Positions 1 through 11,214 of a stretch of 64,000 nt of DNA are shown here, one piece after another. The stretch comes from Lama guanicoe (lineage: Eukaryota), in contig MU053559.1 of assembly GCA_013239625.1 (NCBI GenBank), positions 1,843,205 through 1,907,204 on the forward strand, in the 5' to 3' direction. Below the pieces are notes generated by a model. The model was not told the origin of the DNA, searched no databases, and saw only the letters and a program-made list of their open reading frames with translations. Each line of letters opens with the position of its first letter. Within the stretch, counting starts at the first letter, position 1. The position numbers and the translations under genes were made by a program.

Positions 1-370
1 AGAAAGAGAAAGAAAAATACCATATGAGATCGCTCATATGTGGAATCTAAAAAAAATGAACATAAATACAAAACAGGAACAGACTCATAGATATAGAATA
101 CAAACTTGTGGTTGCCAAGGGGGCAGGGAGTGGGAAGGGACAGACTGGGATTTCAAAATTTGTAGATACTGACAGGCATATGCAGAATGGGTAAACAAGA
201 TTATGCTGTATAGCACAGGGAAATATATACAAGATCTTGTGGTAGCTCACAGTGAAAAAAATGTGACAATGAATATATGTATGTTCATGTATAACTGAAA
301 AATTGTACTATAAACTGAAATATAACACAACATAATAAAATAATTAAAAATCAATAAAAAATGTTAAAAA
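1..370 (+). mobile_element. LINE-1 3' end (young subfamily), cut by the window edge
   Basis: Closely matches the L1 3' UTR at ~7960-8375; ends in an A-rich tail. Confidence 0.9.
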
Positions 371-615
371 ACCAGAAAAAGCAGCATATATAGAATATAT
401 AAAGAAAGAAGAAATACAAATATAGTAATAGCACAATAAATACTAACTCCATTAATTATAGGCCAACCATACTAAATTATACTTTAAAAAATCAGCTATA
501 TGTTTTCAAAAGACAATTAGAAGAAAATGAGAAATGTTGAAAATAAAATCATGGACAGGGATATACCTGACACTGAATAACCCAAAGAAAATTGGTAAAA
601 CAATGCTTATGTTAT

Positions 616-2710
616 TAGTTGCATTTCTTTAGACTAACAATGAAATAACAGAAAAAGAAAGTAAAGAAACAATCCCCTTTGAAAATCACGTAGAAAAATA
701 CTTAGGAATAAACTTGACCAAGGAGGTGAAAGACTTATATGCTGAGAACAACAAAACACTGATTAAGGAAATTAAAGATGATTTAAAGAAATGGGAAGAT
801 ATCCCATACTCTTTGATTGGAGAATTAATATTGTTAAAATGGCCACACTACCAAAGCAATCTACAAATTGAACACGATCTCTATCAAATTACTTATGACA
901 TTTTTCACAGAACTAGAACAAATTATCTTAAAAGTGATATGGAATCACAAAAGACCCAGAATTGTCAAATCAATACTGAAGAAAAAGCACAAAGCTGGAG
1001 GAATAACCCTCCCAGACTTCAGATAATACTACAGAGCTACAGTAATCAAAACAGTGTGGTACTGGCACAAAATCAGACATATAGATTAATGGAACACAAC
1101 AGACAGCGCAGAAATAAACCCACACACCTACAGTCAATTAATCTTCAACAAAGGAGGCAAGAATATACAATGGAGAAAAGACAGTCTCTTTAGCAAGTGG
1201 TGCTGGAAAAGCTAGAGAGCTGCATGTAAATCAATGAAATTAGAACACTCCCTCACATCATATGCAAAAATAAACTCAAAATGGAGTAAAGACTTAAACA
1301 TAAGACAAGATACTATAAACCTCCTGGAAGAAAACACAGGCAGAACACTTTCTGATATAAATCTTAGCAGTGTTCTCTTATGGAAGTCTACCCAGGCAAT
1401 AGGAATAAAGGCAAAAATAAACAAATGGGGCCTAATTAAACTTCTAAGCTTTTATGTGCAAAGCAAACCATAAACAAAACAAAAAGACAACCTACAGAAT
1501 GGGAGAAAATAGTTGCAAATGATGCAACAGACAAGGGCTTAATTTCCAGAATATACAAATAGCTCATACAACTTAATAACAAAAAAAACCCCAAACAACC
1601 CAATGCAAAAATGGGCAGAAGATCTAAATCAGCAATTCTCCAGTGAAGACATACAAATGGCCAATAGGCACATGAAAAAATGCTCAATATCGCTAATTAT
1701 CAGAGAAATGCAAATCAAAACTACAATGAGGTATCACCTCACACCAGTCAGAATGGCCATCATTCAAAAGGCCACAAACAATAAATGTTTGGGAGGGTGT
1801 GGAGAAAAGGGAACCCTTCTACACTGTTGGTGGGAATGTAGTTTGGTGCAGCATTATGGAGTATGGAGATTCCTCAAAAAACTAAAAATAGACTTACCGT
1901 ATGATCCTGTAATCCCACTCCTGGCTATATATCCAGAGGAAACTCTAATTTGAAAACACACATGCACCCCAATGTTCATTGCAGCACTATTTACAATAGC
2001 CAAGACATGGAAACCACCTAAATGTCCATTGACAGATGTTGGATAAAGGAGTTGTGGTATATATATATATACAATGGAATACTACTCAGCCATAAAAAAC
2101 ATAAAATAATGCCATATGCAGCAACATGGATGGACCTGGAGACCATCATTCTAAGTGAAGTAAGCCACAAAGAGAAAGAAAAATACCATATAATATTACT
2201 TATATCTGTAATCTAAAAGAAAAAAAAGATGACACCAACGAACTTATTTACAAACAGAAACAGACTCACCCACATAGAAAACAAACTTATGGTTACCAGG
2301 GGGAAAAGTAGGAAGGGATAAATTGGGAATTTGAGATTTGCAGATACTATTATATATAAAATAGATAAACAACAAGTTTCTACTGTATAGCACAGGGTAC
2401 TATATTCAATATCTTGTAGTATCCTATAATGAAAAAGAATATGGGGGGGAAGGTATAGCTCAAGTGGTAGAGCACATGCTTAGCATGCTCAAGGTCCTGG
2501 GTTCAATCCCCAGTACCTCATCTAAAAATAAGTAAATAAATAAACCTAATTACCAGCCCCCTGCTCAAAAACCCCAAGAAAAAACAAAAAATAAAAAAGA
2601 AAGAATATGAAAAGGGATATATGTATGTATATGTATGACTGAACTATTATGCTATACACCAGAAATTAACACAACATTGTAAACTGACTATACTTCAATT
2701 AAAAAAAATC
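616..2710 (+). mobile_element. 5'-truncated LINE-1 (degenerate ORF2 C-terminal part + 3' UTR)
   Basis: ORF-track fragments 714-1193, 1234-1473 and 1603-1953 are L1 ORF2-like (e.g. [25 protein letters not shown]). 17-bp TSD aacaatgcttatgttat at 599-615 and 2711-2727; poly(A) tail. Confidence 0.95.
2444..2599 (+). mobile_element. Vic-1-type tRNA-Ala-derived SINE nested in L1 3' UTR
   Basis: A box (tagctcaagtgg), B box (ggttcaatccc), A-rich tail; TSD aaagaatatg at 2434-2443 and 2600-2609. Confidence 0.9.
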
Positions 2711-2849
2711 AACAATGCTTATGTTATACAAAACAGAATGACCTGGATGCCAAAAGCAAATAAGGACAAAATATGAGGATATTATAAAGCAATTTCACTT
2801 ACACAGATGCAAAACTCTTAAATATACAAGGCAAACTGATTCTATTTAT

Positions 2850-4790
2850 GAGTGAAAAAAGGTTATACATCTAGTAATGTTGAAAATGTATATACCCTAC
2901 TATGTATTCTACTTACACCACAAAGAAGTTCTGCAAATATGTACATGTACAAGAATGGCAAGAAGATATTAGAAACAACCAAATGCCCACCAATAGAGGT
3001 ATGGATTAATGGACTTCAATACTCAGATACTGGAGTGCTATACAGGAGTTAAAATAAATGAGCTAAATCTAATGTATCAGCATAGGTAAACTCAAAGGGT
3101 TTTACAAAAAGCAAGTTGTAGGAAGACCTCTATGGTTCTAGAGCACTAATCTGGTCAATTTGCAAAGAGAAAGCTGTATTAATTATAGATGCAAATTTAT
3201 GTAGTAAAAGTATAAAAACGTGAGTAAGAATGATATTCACCAAATTTGTGACACTGTTTGCCTAGGGAGGGAATGAAGAGAGGGAACAGGACTCAGGAGA
3301 GAAAAAGGAAGGCTTCATCTTTATTTGTAAACCTCTATTACTTTTACTAAAAAAAAAAAAAAAGACCACCAAATGACAAATCTTAGCATTTGCTAATTCT
3401 GAGAGGTAATTACAAGGATATTTGTTATGATTATGTTTTTCTATATTTTTGTGCAGTTTTAAGAGAAATGCCTTAAGGCAAGGCTTCAGGAACAGTGGAG
3501 GACTTTGGTAAATCCTTTTCCCCATAAAAGCAATGAAAATAATAGCAAAATTAGAAAAATTATCATTTCAGGACTTTGGAAATTAACCAAAGGCATACAA
3601 CAGATTAAAAAGCATTTATTCCGGAAGAACCAGTGAATTTCATGAAGAACAGCCAAGTAAGTCTGTGGTATTTCACTTGGTGCTACCCACCCCTTTTCCA
3701 TCTCCACCCCAAAACCCTGGCTCCCCAACCCTGTGGTCCAGGAGCAGTGAAAACTGGCATCCTCACAGCAACCCAAAGGCGCTCTACCAAAAGCCCCATC
3801 TCCAGAGTGCTGTCACTACTTGGCCTAACTTGGAGTTCAGTCCAAGAGAGAAGGGACAGTACACGGTAACTCCAATCCACATGAAGAAAATAAAGAGCAC
3901 CAGGAAAGATAATGTGCAGCGAAGTGTTAACATAGCAGGCCCGGCCCCTGGCTGAGGTTTGGGAATGTGGATTTTGTAATGTTCCCTGTGTTGATAAGAC
4001 TATTTTTGCCTGCCTGGGGCACTGAGCACCTGATTTTCTTCTGGGAGTCTAGATGCCTGACCATTAGAGGCTGATGATTTTCTGGCATGATGTGCCTGTT
4101 CTTAGTGGGTCAGTTTGGAATCTCCAACAAACAAAGGGCTTTCTAAAAAGCGCTGCTTGCCACTTGGACTTGAACTGCAGCTGTCTAGCCCTGCAGCATC
4201 TTGGCTTTGCATGAGAAAGGAGCAACTGTCCCTGCGGGGATTTGTCTCCTACCAAGTGCCCAGCAATCCTCATGAAAATGAAGCCCTATTCAGGCACATG
4301 AAGAAATGTCAGAAAGCATGAAATATAGGGGGGAAAAATCTTATAAGCTTACAGAGAGGAAAAAAAAATGATTCCAAGTATCAGTAATCAGAACAGCCAC
4401 AGAGTTCTCAAAAGGAAAATCAAAATCAAAAGACAAGGCAGTAATGCCTTAAAAGTTGAAGGGAAAGAAATGCCCATCCTAGAACTCTATCCCAAGCTCA
4501 AGTCTCCATCTAGGATGAGAATATAACAAACACTTCCGGATATTCAAAAATCTCAAAAAATTTACCTACGTTCTTTCTTATCAAAGTACTGGAAGAAAGT
4601 GCTCCAGTGAAATGTGGAAGAAGGCATGGCATAAAGCAAACGGGGAATCCAACAATGCAGGAAGTGGAGGGGATCCCCAGAATAATGGTGAAGAGAGATT
4701 CAGGATGGTGGCTGCACAAGTAGGAACGGGGACAATCCACCCAGAAGGGAGTGGTCAGAGGGCTCCAGACAAACTCAGGGGTATGACACT
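2850..4790 (+). mobile_element. Old LINE-1 (L1M-type) fragments: 3' end, 5' region and ORF1 remnant, interrupted by an LTR
   Basis: Degenerate L1 motifs (aaacaaccaaatgcccaccaatagagg; catcctagaactctatcccaagc). Boundaries approximate. Confidence 0.6.
3913..4270 (+). mobile_element. MER21-like LTR fragment (3' part may be a second LTR piece)
   Basis: Starts tgtgcagcgaagtgttaacatagcaggcc, resembling the recalled MER21 5' end. Confidence 0.55.
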
Positions 4791-4795
4791 GATGG

Positions 4796-5514
4796 TGATA
4801 CCGCGTAGGACCCTGCTGGCTACCCACTCCATCTCCTGCCTCTTATTTACATACAAGCTGAAGTCTCGCAGGCCTCCCTGAGTCATAAAAGAGCAGGCCC
4901 AAGCAGTTAATCTCATGAACTGTTACTTAGGCTGTTGCCCCTAGGATCATACCCTGGCCCCTCCCTTGAATAGAAACCAATTACTCTTATCTAAGTCTCA
5001 GGAGGCAGCTGCAGAAAGAAGAAACAAGAACTGGTTAGAACCAACTAGGCCCAAGATGGTGGAGGATTTGACTTCCAGTGGACCTTGAACCTCATTATAC
5101 ACTCACTGTAATATATTAACATGCTAAGTGATACAAACACACACCAGCTCCATGACAGTTAGTAATTGCCATGACAACAACCAGAAAAGCCCATACGAGG
5201 ATGGGAAAAAAGGCGACTGGCTCCAGCACACCCAGAAGGAGGACATGTTGGCACAAGCTTCCAATAAAAGTCCACGTGGCCCGACCTGGAGCTGGAGCTG
5301 TCTCGACTGTCCTGTCTTGGCTGACAGCTCCCTGCTTTAGTGTTTCCTTCCCTTTTCTCTGTTTTAGCACTTTTTTTTCCTTCTCCTCTTTTTGAGCAAT
5401 AAAGTAGCTTTTCACTTTGTCCCTCTGCTTCTGCTGCAAATTCTTTCACAGCGGGCAGCCAGAACCCACACTTTGGTGGGCTTCCTAATTTAAGGGTTTC
5501 ACTACCTGCTAATA
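4796..5514 (+). mobile_element. ERV1-class solo LTR
   Basis: TG start, TA end (likely decayed CA); 4-bp TSD atgg at 4792-4795 and 5515-5518; AATAAA near 5398; interrupts older L1 sequence. Confidence 0.75.
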
Positions 5515-5810
5515 ATGGAACACTTGATAGCTGTGGAAGCCTTCAGAGTCACTCTAGACCACTGGTCATGGGGTGTTTCAGTTGAACTGGTGATAAGTAC
5601 GTAGACAGAGAAGCAAATGAAAGAAACAAGACAATTATTCACCAAAGGAAACTAAAAGTTATGCAGAAAAGGTAAATTAATCATAGATCACTACCTGGCT
5701 AAGCTATCTATAGTGTTTATGTAGTCATTATGCTGTAACAACAGTACTGATGGAAACCAAATTTATGGTATAATCATATTGGCAATATGGAAGAACAAGA
5801 AGTCTTTGAG

Positions 5811-6747
5811 TTCCAAAGAAGACAGACAGATGGCCAACAGGCACATGAAAAGATGCTCAGCATCACTAATCATCAGGGAAATGCAAATCAAAATCGCAAT
5901 GAAATATCACCTAGTATCTGCCAGAATGACTATTATCAAAAAGAACACAAATAACAAATGTTGGTGAGGATGTGGAGCAAAGGGGACCCTCATACACTAT
6001 TGGTGGGAATGTAGTTTGGTGCAGCCACTATGGAAAACAGTATGGACGTTCCTCAAAAAGTTAAAAACAGAACTACCATATGATCCAGCAATTCCACTCC
6101 TGGGTATATATCTGAAGAAAACAAAACACTAGTTCAAAATGATACATGTACTCCAATGTTAATTATTTACAATAGCTAAGATATGGAAGCAACCTGACTT
6201 CCATAGATGATCTTCATCAATAGATGAATGGATAAAAAAGATGTGATACACACAGACACACACACACACACATATATACACACATATACATGCAATGGAA
6301 TATTACTCAGCCATAAAAAAGAATGAAAATTTGCCATCTGCAGGAACATGAATGGATCTGGAGGGCATTAATGCTTAGTGAAGTAAGTCAGACAGAGAAA
6401 GACAAATACTGTATGTTTTCATTTATATGTGGACTCTAAAAAATAAAACAAATAAATGGGTATGACAAAACAGAAACAGACTCACAGATAACTGAGAACA
6501 ATCTAGTGGTTACCAATTGAGAGAGGGAAGGGAGAGGGGCAAGATAGGAGAAGGGGATTAAAAGTTAAAAACTACTAGGTATAAGATACAAGGATGTAAT
6601 TTATAGGAAATATAGCCAATATTTTATAATAACTTTAAATGGAGTATAATCTATAAAAATATCATATCACTATGCTGAACACCTGAAACTAAGACAATGT
6701 AGTTTGCAAATCAACTTAATAAAAAAGAAAAAAATTGATATTCAAAA
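5811..6747 (+). mobile_element. 5'-truncated LINE-1 3' end
   Basis: ORF2 C-terminal homology (ORF 5779-5967); TSD aagaagtctttg at 5797-5808 and 6748-6759. Confidence 0.92.
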
Positions 6748-7021
6748 AAGAAGTCTTTGTGTGTGTATGTGTGTGTGTGTATGTATGTGAGTGGCAAAAA
6801 CAACAAAGTGAGCTACATCTTAAGCTTCCATGGCAGAAAATTTTAAATAATTTTTGTAAGACATATATAAATTATAAAGAATAGAGATACCAAATAATTC
6901 TGTGTATCCACCACTCATTAAAAAACAAATTATTTTTACCTTTGAAGTTCTTCATATGCCCATTTCACTATCTTTCTTCCCAGATAATCACTATCCTGAA
7001 TTTTTTACTTGTCATTCCCTG

Positions 7022-7056
7022 ATTGCTTCTTGGCCTTTTGGCTAAGACCAAGTAGT
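7022..7056 (+). pseudogene. 3'-truncated U2 snRNA pseudogene
   Basis: attgcttcttggccttttggctaagaccaagt matches U2 nt 1-32 (ATCGCTTCTCGGCCTTTTGGCTAAGATCAAGT) at 29/32; degenerate flanking direct repeats tgtcattccctgat / tgtcatgcccttgat. Confidence 0.88.
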
Positions 7057-7416
7057 GTCATGCCCTTGATAGTCATTATAGTTTTACCACATTTATTTTA
7101 TTCTTTAAACCTCAAGCATGATTTAATTTGATAAAAATGAAACTTTATTTTTAAATCAAGAGAATGCTGCCTTAGGTCAGTAAATTTGAAATCTCAAATG
7201 AAACCTAATTGTCTAAAAAAAAATGACCAGAATTGAAAGAAGATACAGAAAAAAATGAATAAATCAGTAATTATTAAAAAAAACTATAAAATTCACTCTG
7301 TAATCAAAAGTCTTTCCCTAAAAAAGGGCATCCTATCCAGATGTTGTTGTAGATGATTGCTATCAAACTCTCAAGCACAGGTATCCTTCAGTCAATACAG
7401 TTTCAGAAACTAGAAA

Positions 7417-8375
7417 CAAGCAATTCTCCAAGGAAGAAATACAAATGATCAATAGGCACATGAAAAAAATGCTCAATATCACTAATTATCAGAGAAATGC
7501 AAATCAAAACTACAATGAGGTATCACGTCACACCAGTCAGAATGGCCATCATTCAAAAGTCCACAAATGACAAATGCTGGAGAGGCTGTGGAGAAAGGGG
7601 AACCCTCCTACACTGCTGGTGGGAATGCAGTTTGGTGCAGCTACTGTGGAAAACAGTATGGAGATTCCTCAAAAGACTAGGAATAGACTTACCATATGAC
7701 CCAGGAATCCCTCTCCTGGGCATATATCCAGAAGGAACCCTACTTCAAAAAGACACCTGCACCCCAATGTTCACAGCAGCACTATTTACAATCGCCAAGA
7801 CATGGAAACAGCCTAAATGTCCATCGACAGATGACTGGATAAAGAAGCGGTGGTATATTTATACAATGGAATACTACTCAGCCACAAAAACCACAACATA
7901 ACGCCATTTGCAGCAGCATGGATGCTCCTGGAGAACGTCATTCTAAGTGAAGTAAGCCAGAAAGAGAAAGAAAAATACCATATGAGATCGCTCATATGTG
8001 GAATCTAAAAAAAAAAAAAAAAACAAAAAAAAAAAAAAAACCAAAAACAAACAAACAAAGCATAAATACAAAACAGAAACAGACTCATAGACATAGAATA
8101 CAAACTTGTGGTTGCTAGGGGTGCAGGGGGTGGGAAGGGACAGACTGGGAGTTCTAAATTTCTAGATACTGGCAGGTATATATAGAATAGATAAACAAGA
8201 CTATACTGTATAGCACAGGGAAATATATACAAGATCTTGTGGCAGCTCATGGTGAAAAAAATGTGACAATGAATATATGTATGTTCATATATAACTGAAA
8301 AATTGTGCTCTACACTGGAAATTGACACAACATTGTAAACTGACTACAACTCAATAAAACAAAATTAAGAAAAAA
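7417..8375 (+). mobile_element. Young 5'-truncated LINE-1
   Basis: ORF 7497-7901 is the ORF2 cysteine-rich C-terminal domain; TSD agaaactagaaa at 7405-7416 and 8376-8387. Confidence 0.95.
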
Positions 8376-8946
8376 AGAAACTAGAAAAAAAGGGAAAAGT
8401 ACCCATTACTTTTCCGCAGCTAGTATAATCTTAGATACCAGAATAAGAGGCTAGTACAAGAAAAGAAAATCTAAGATTTCTGTCACTTCTGAACATTAAT
8501 GGAAAACTCTTAAAATTAAATATGAGTAAACTGTATTCAATTAATTTAAAAATGCTTTACAATTAAGTATAGAGTTTAGTGTGGGAATGCAAGAATAGTT
8601 CAACATCAGAAAATTTATTAATATAATCCACCATATTAACAGATTAAAGGAGAAAAAATTATCTTCTCAACAGATGCAGAAAATAAGCATTCGAGAAAAT
8701 ACAACACACATTCATGATTTTTTAAAAAAGAGTCTTGGTAAACTATGGATATAAAAGGAGCTTTTCATGAAAGGTATCTTTCAAAAAACACTGAGTGAAT
8801 GCTAGATAAATATCAATGGTTACACCAATCTGTTATTGATGTCGTTAATAGCTCGTAGGATTCTCCTTATCTCTTTGGACTCTGGTCTTCAAACAGGAAT
8901 TTTAGGCTTAGTTTATTTATACAGGAAATATACTTAATGGTGAAAG

Positions 8947-9100
8947 TTCTCTCCCTGTGCCTCAGTTTCTCCTCTATAAAATGAGAATAACAACCAATCT
9001 ACTTTGCAGGGTCATTTGGAGGATTAAACTCTGTAATGTGTACAAAGCACACAGAACACTGCATTTGTGGCACCCAGCAAGCACTTACACATTGACTATC
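8947..9100 (+). mobile_element. MIR SINE
   Basis: MIR core ctgtgcctcagtttctcctctataaaatgagaataa...gaggattaaa. Confidence 0.8.
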
Positions 9101-11214
9101 AGTACATCACTATCATTGTCCTGATCATTATTTTCATTAAAATCAGAAACAAACAAGGAATTCACTATCACTGCATCTATTAAACACTGTGCCACAGGAC
9201 TGGACTAACAGGATGGGAGAAGAAAAAGAAATAAAATGTATAATTGGAAAGGAAAAGACAAAATGGTTTTTATGAAGATACTGTTTACAGAGAAGACCCA
9301 AGAGAATCTAAAAACTTAGTATTAATAAAAGCATTCAGATAGGTTTCTGTATATGAGCTGAATATATAAATACCACTGTATTGTCATACACTAGTATTAA
9401 CCAATTAGAAAACATAATTGGAATAAGTCATACTGTATAGTACAAGGAACTATATTCAATATCTTGTAGCAACTTATACTGAAGAAGAATATGAAAAGGA
9501 ATATATGTATGTACATGCATGACTGAAACATGATGCTGTACACCAGAAATTGACACAACATTGTAAACTGACTATACTTAAATAAAAAAAACCCAGCAGC
9601 AATAACCAAGACTAAGAAAAGATATTGACTACAAACAAAACTGGAATGTAGGCTATATAAAGAATTCATATAAATCAAAGACAAACACCCCAACAAAAAA
9701 CATGAATAAAGGCAAGCTATAGAAGAGGAAATTCAAATAGTCAACATCATATGAAATGATAAATACCTTTACTAGTAATCAGGGAAATGAATAATAAGAT
9801 GCTAATTCACACTTACCTGATTACCAAAATATAAAGAGTATGCCCATACTAGAATTCTATAGAGAGAGAGAGAGCAGTGGCATCACTGGAGAAAGTTCTA
9901 CTGGGCAGCTGCTTTAAATCATGCATGGTCTCTACCATCAGTATGGCTGCAAGTGGCTACAGAGCTTTGTATTTTTACATTGATGCTTCCTTTTCAAAAC
10001 CTGAAGTCTCAGATATTTCAGAAGCTACATCTGCCCACCCAGCTGCAATCCATGATCTTAGGGAATTGGTTTAATATATGAAAACCCATGTAATAGCATG
10101 GTGACAATAATACTGTATTGCATGCCTGAAAGTTACTAAGAGTGTGGATCTTAAAAGTTCTCACCACAAGAAAATAAAACATTAAAAAAGAAGGCTCTTT
10201 TTTTTTTTTGCAAAGGCTGGTAATAAAACACTATCAGGTGCTTCCTCAGTCCAGAGACCTTTGCAGGACTTAAAAGGAGCAGGTCAAAACCACTTAATGT
10301 CCCTCAGCAGTAACAGACACCTTAAAAGTATGAGTATTAAGGTTGAAGAAGCAGAGGGACAAACTTTCTTCAGGGAGAGCTGTTGGAAAGCTGTGGCATT
10401 TTCTGTCTCCATCAATGGGGGAGGAAGGAGTATGTTGGCCTTACCCTTGATCTAGTAAGAAGAACTTCAAGGAGACAACTTGCTTCATATATGTCAACTA
10501 GAGTTTTGGGGACTCAGAGGACTTGGCATCTGATTTGCACATAAAAAACGCTACAAAAAAAAAAAACGCTACAGGTGACAGGCAGGCTGTGGCCACAGAG
10601 AAGAGGGCTACAGGAAGCAGACAGATCAAGGTGCAGGTCCACCACACAAACACACACTTCATAAGCCAGATGTAGACCCTCGGGATAGGAACAGGTTTCT
10701 TTGGAAAGAGGGCTTTCTGCTAGCTCAAGGTGACTTCACCAAAAAGAGATTGGAGGTATACCATGGTACTGCAGGGTGAGGGTGGGGAGATTTATTAGCT
10801 AACTTGCTGGAAAAGAGGCACTGCTTCTAATGAGGAAACTGTAGTCAAAGCTCCTAGGTGGGGCATCTCCAAGGAAACCGTAATTGTGCCAAGGACAGGA
10901 AGAATTGGTCTTTGGAATCTGCCACATGCAGAGGGCATCAATATCAGATTGCAAATTATTTTTGTCCTTTGTATCTCTTTCCTTCCTCACTTGCTTTGCT
11001 CCAGGAGCCAGAGATCGTCTGGTTGAGTGGGGAAGTGAAGGGGAATAAAGAGAGAAAAAGCTGAGCAAGCTTCCTTTGCCACTGAAAACTTCCAGCCTGA
11101 AGCGCTGAAGCAGGCGTTAGCTAGGAGAGGGATTTCCCTTTAAATGAAGTTCATAGTTTTCACTTCTATGTATGATTAGACTTTTTTTTTAACTAAAATG
11201 AGACTAAAACAGAT

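Larger units (their letters stand above)
7150..9850 (+). mobile_element. Old LINE-1 ORF2 remnants hosting younger insertions
   Basis: RT-region motifs (gggaatgcaagaatagttcaacatcaga; tcaacagatgcagaaaataagcattcga); heavily decayed. Confidence 0.7.

Noticed and set aside
7497..7901. 134-aa ORF as a host gene
   Set aside because: It is the C-terminus of L1 ORF2 in a 5'-truncated element with no promoter.
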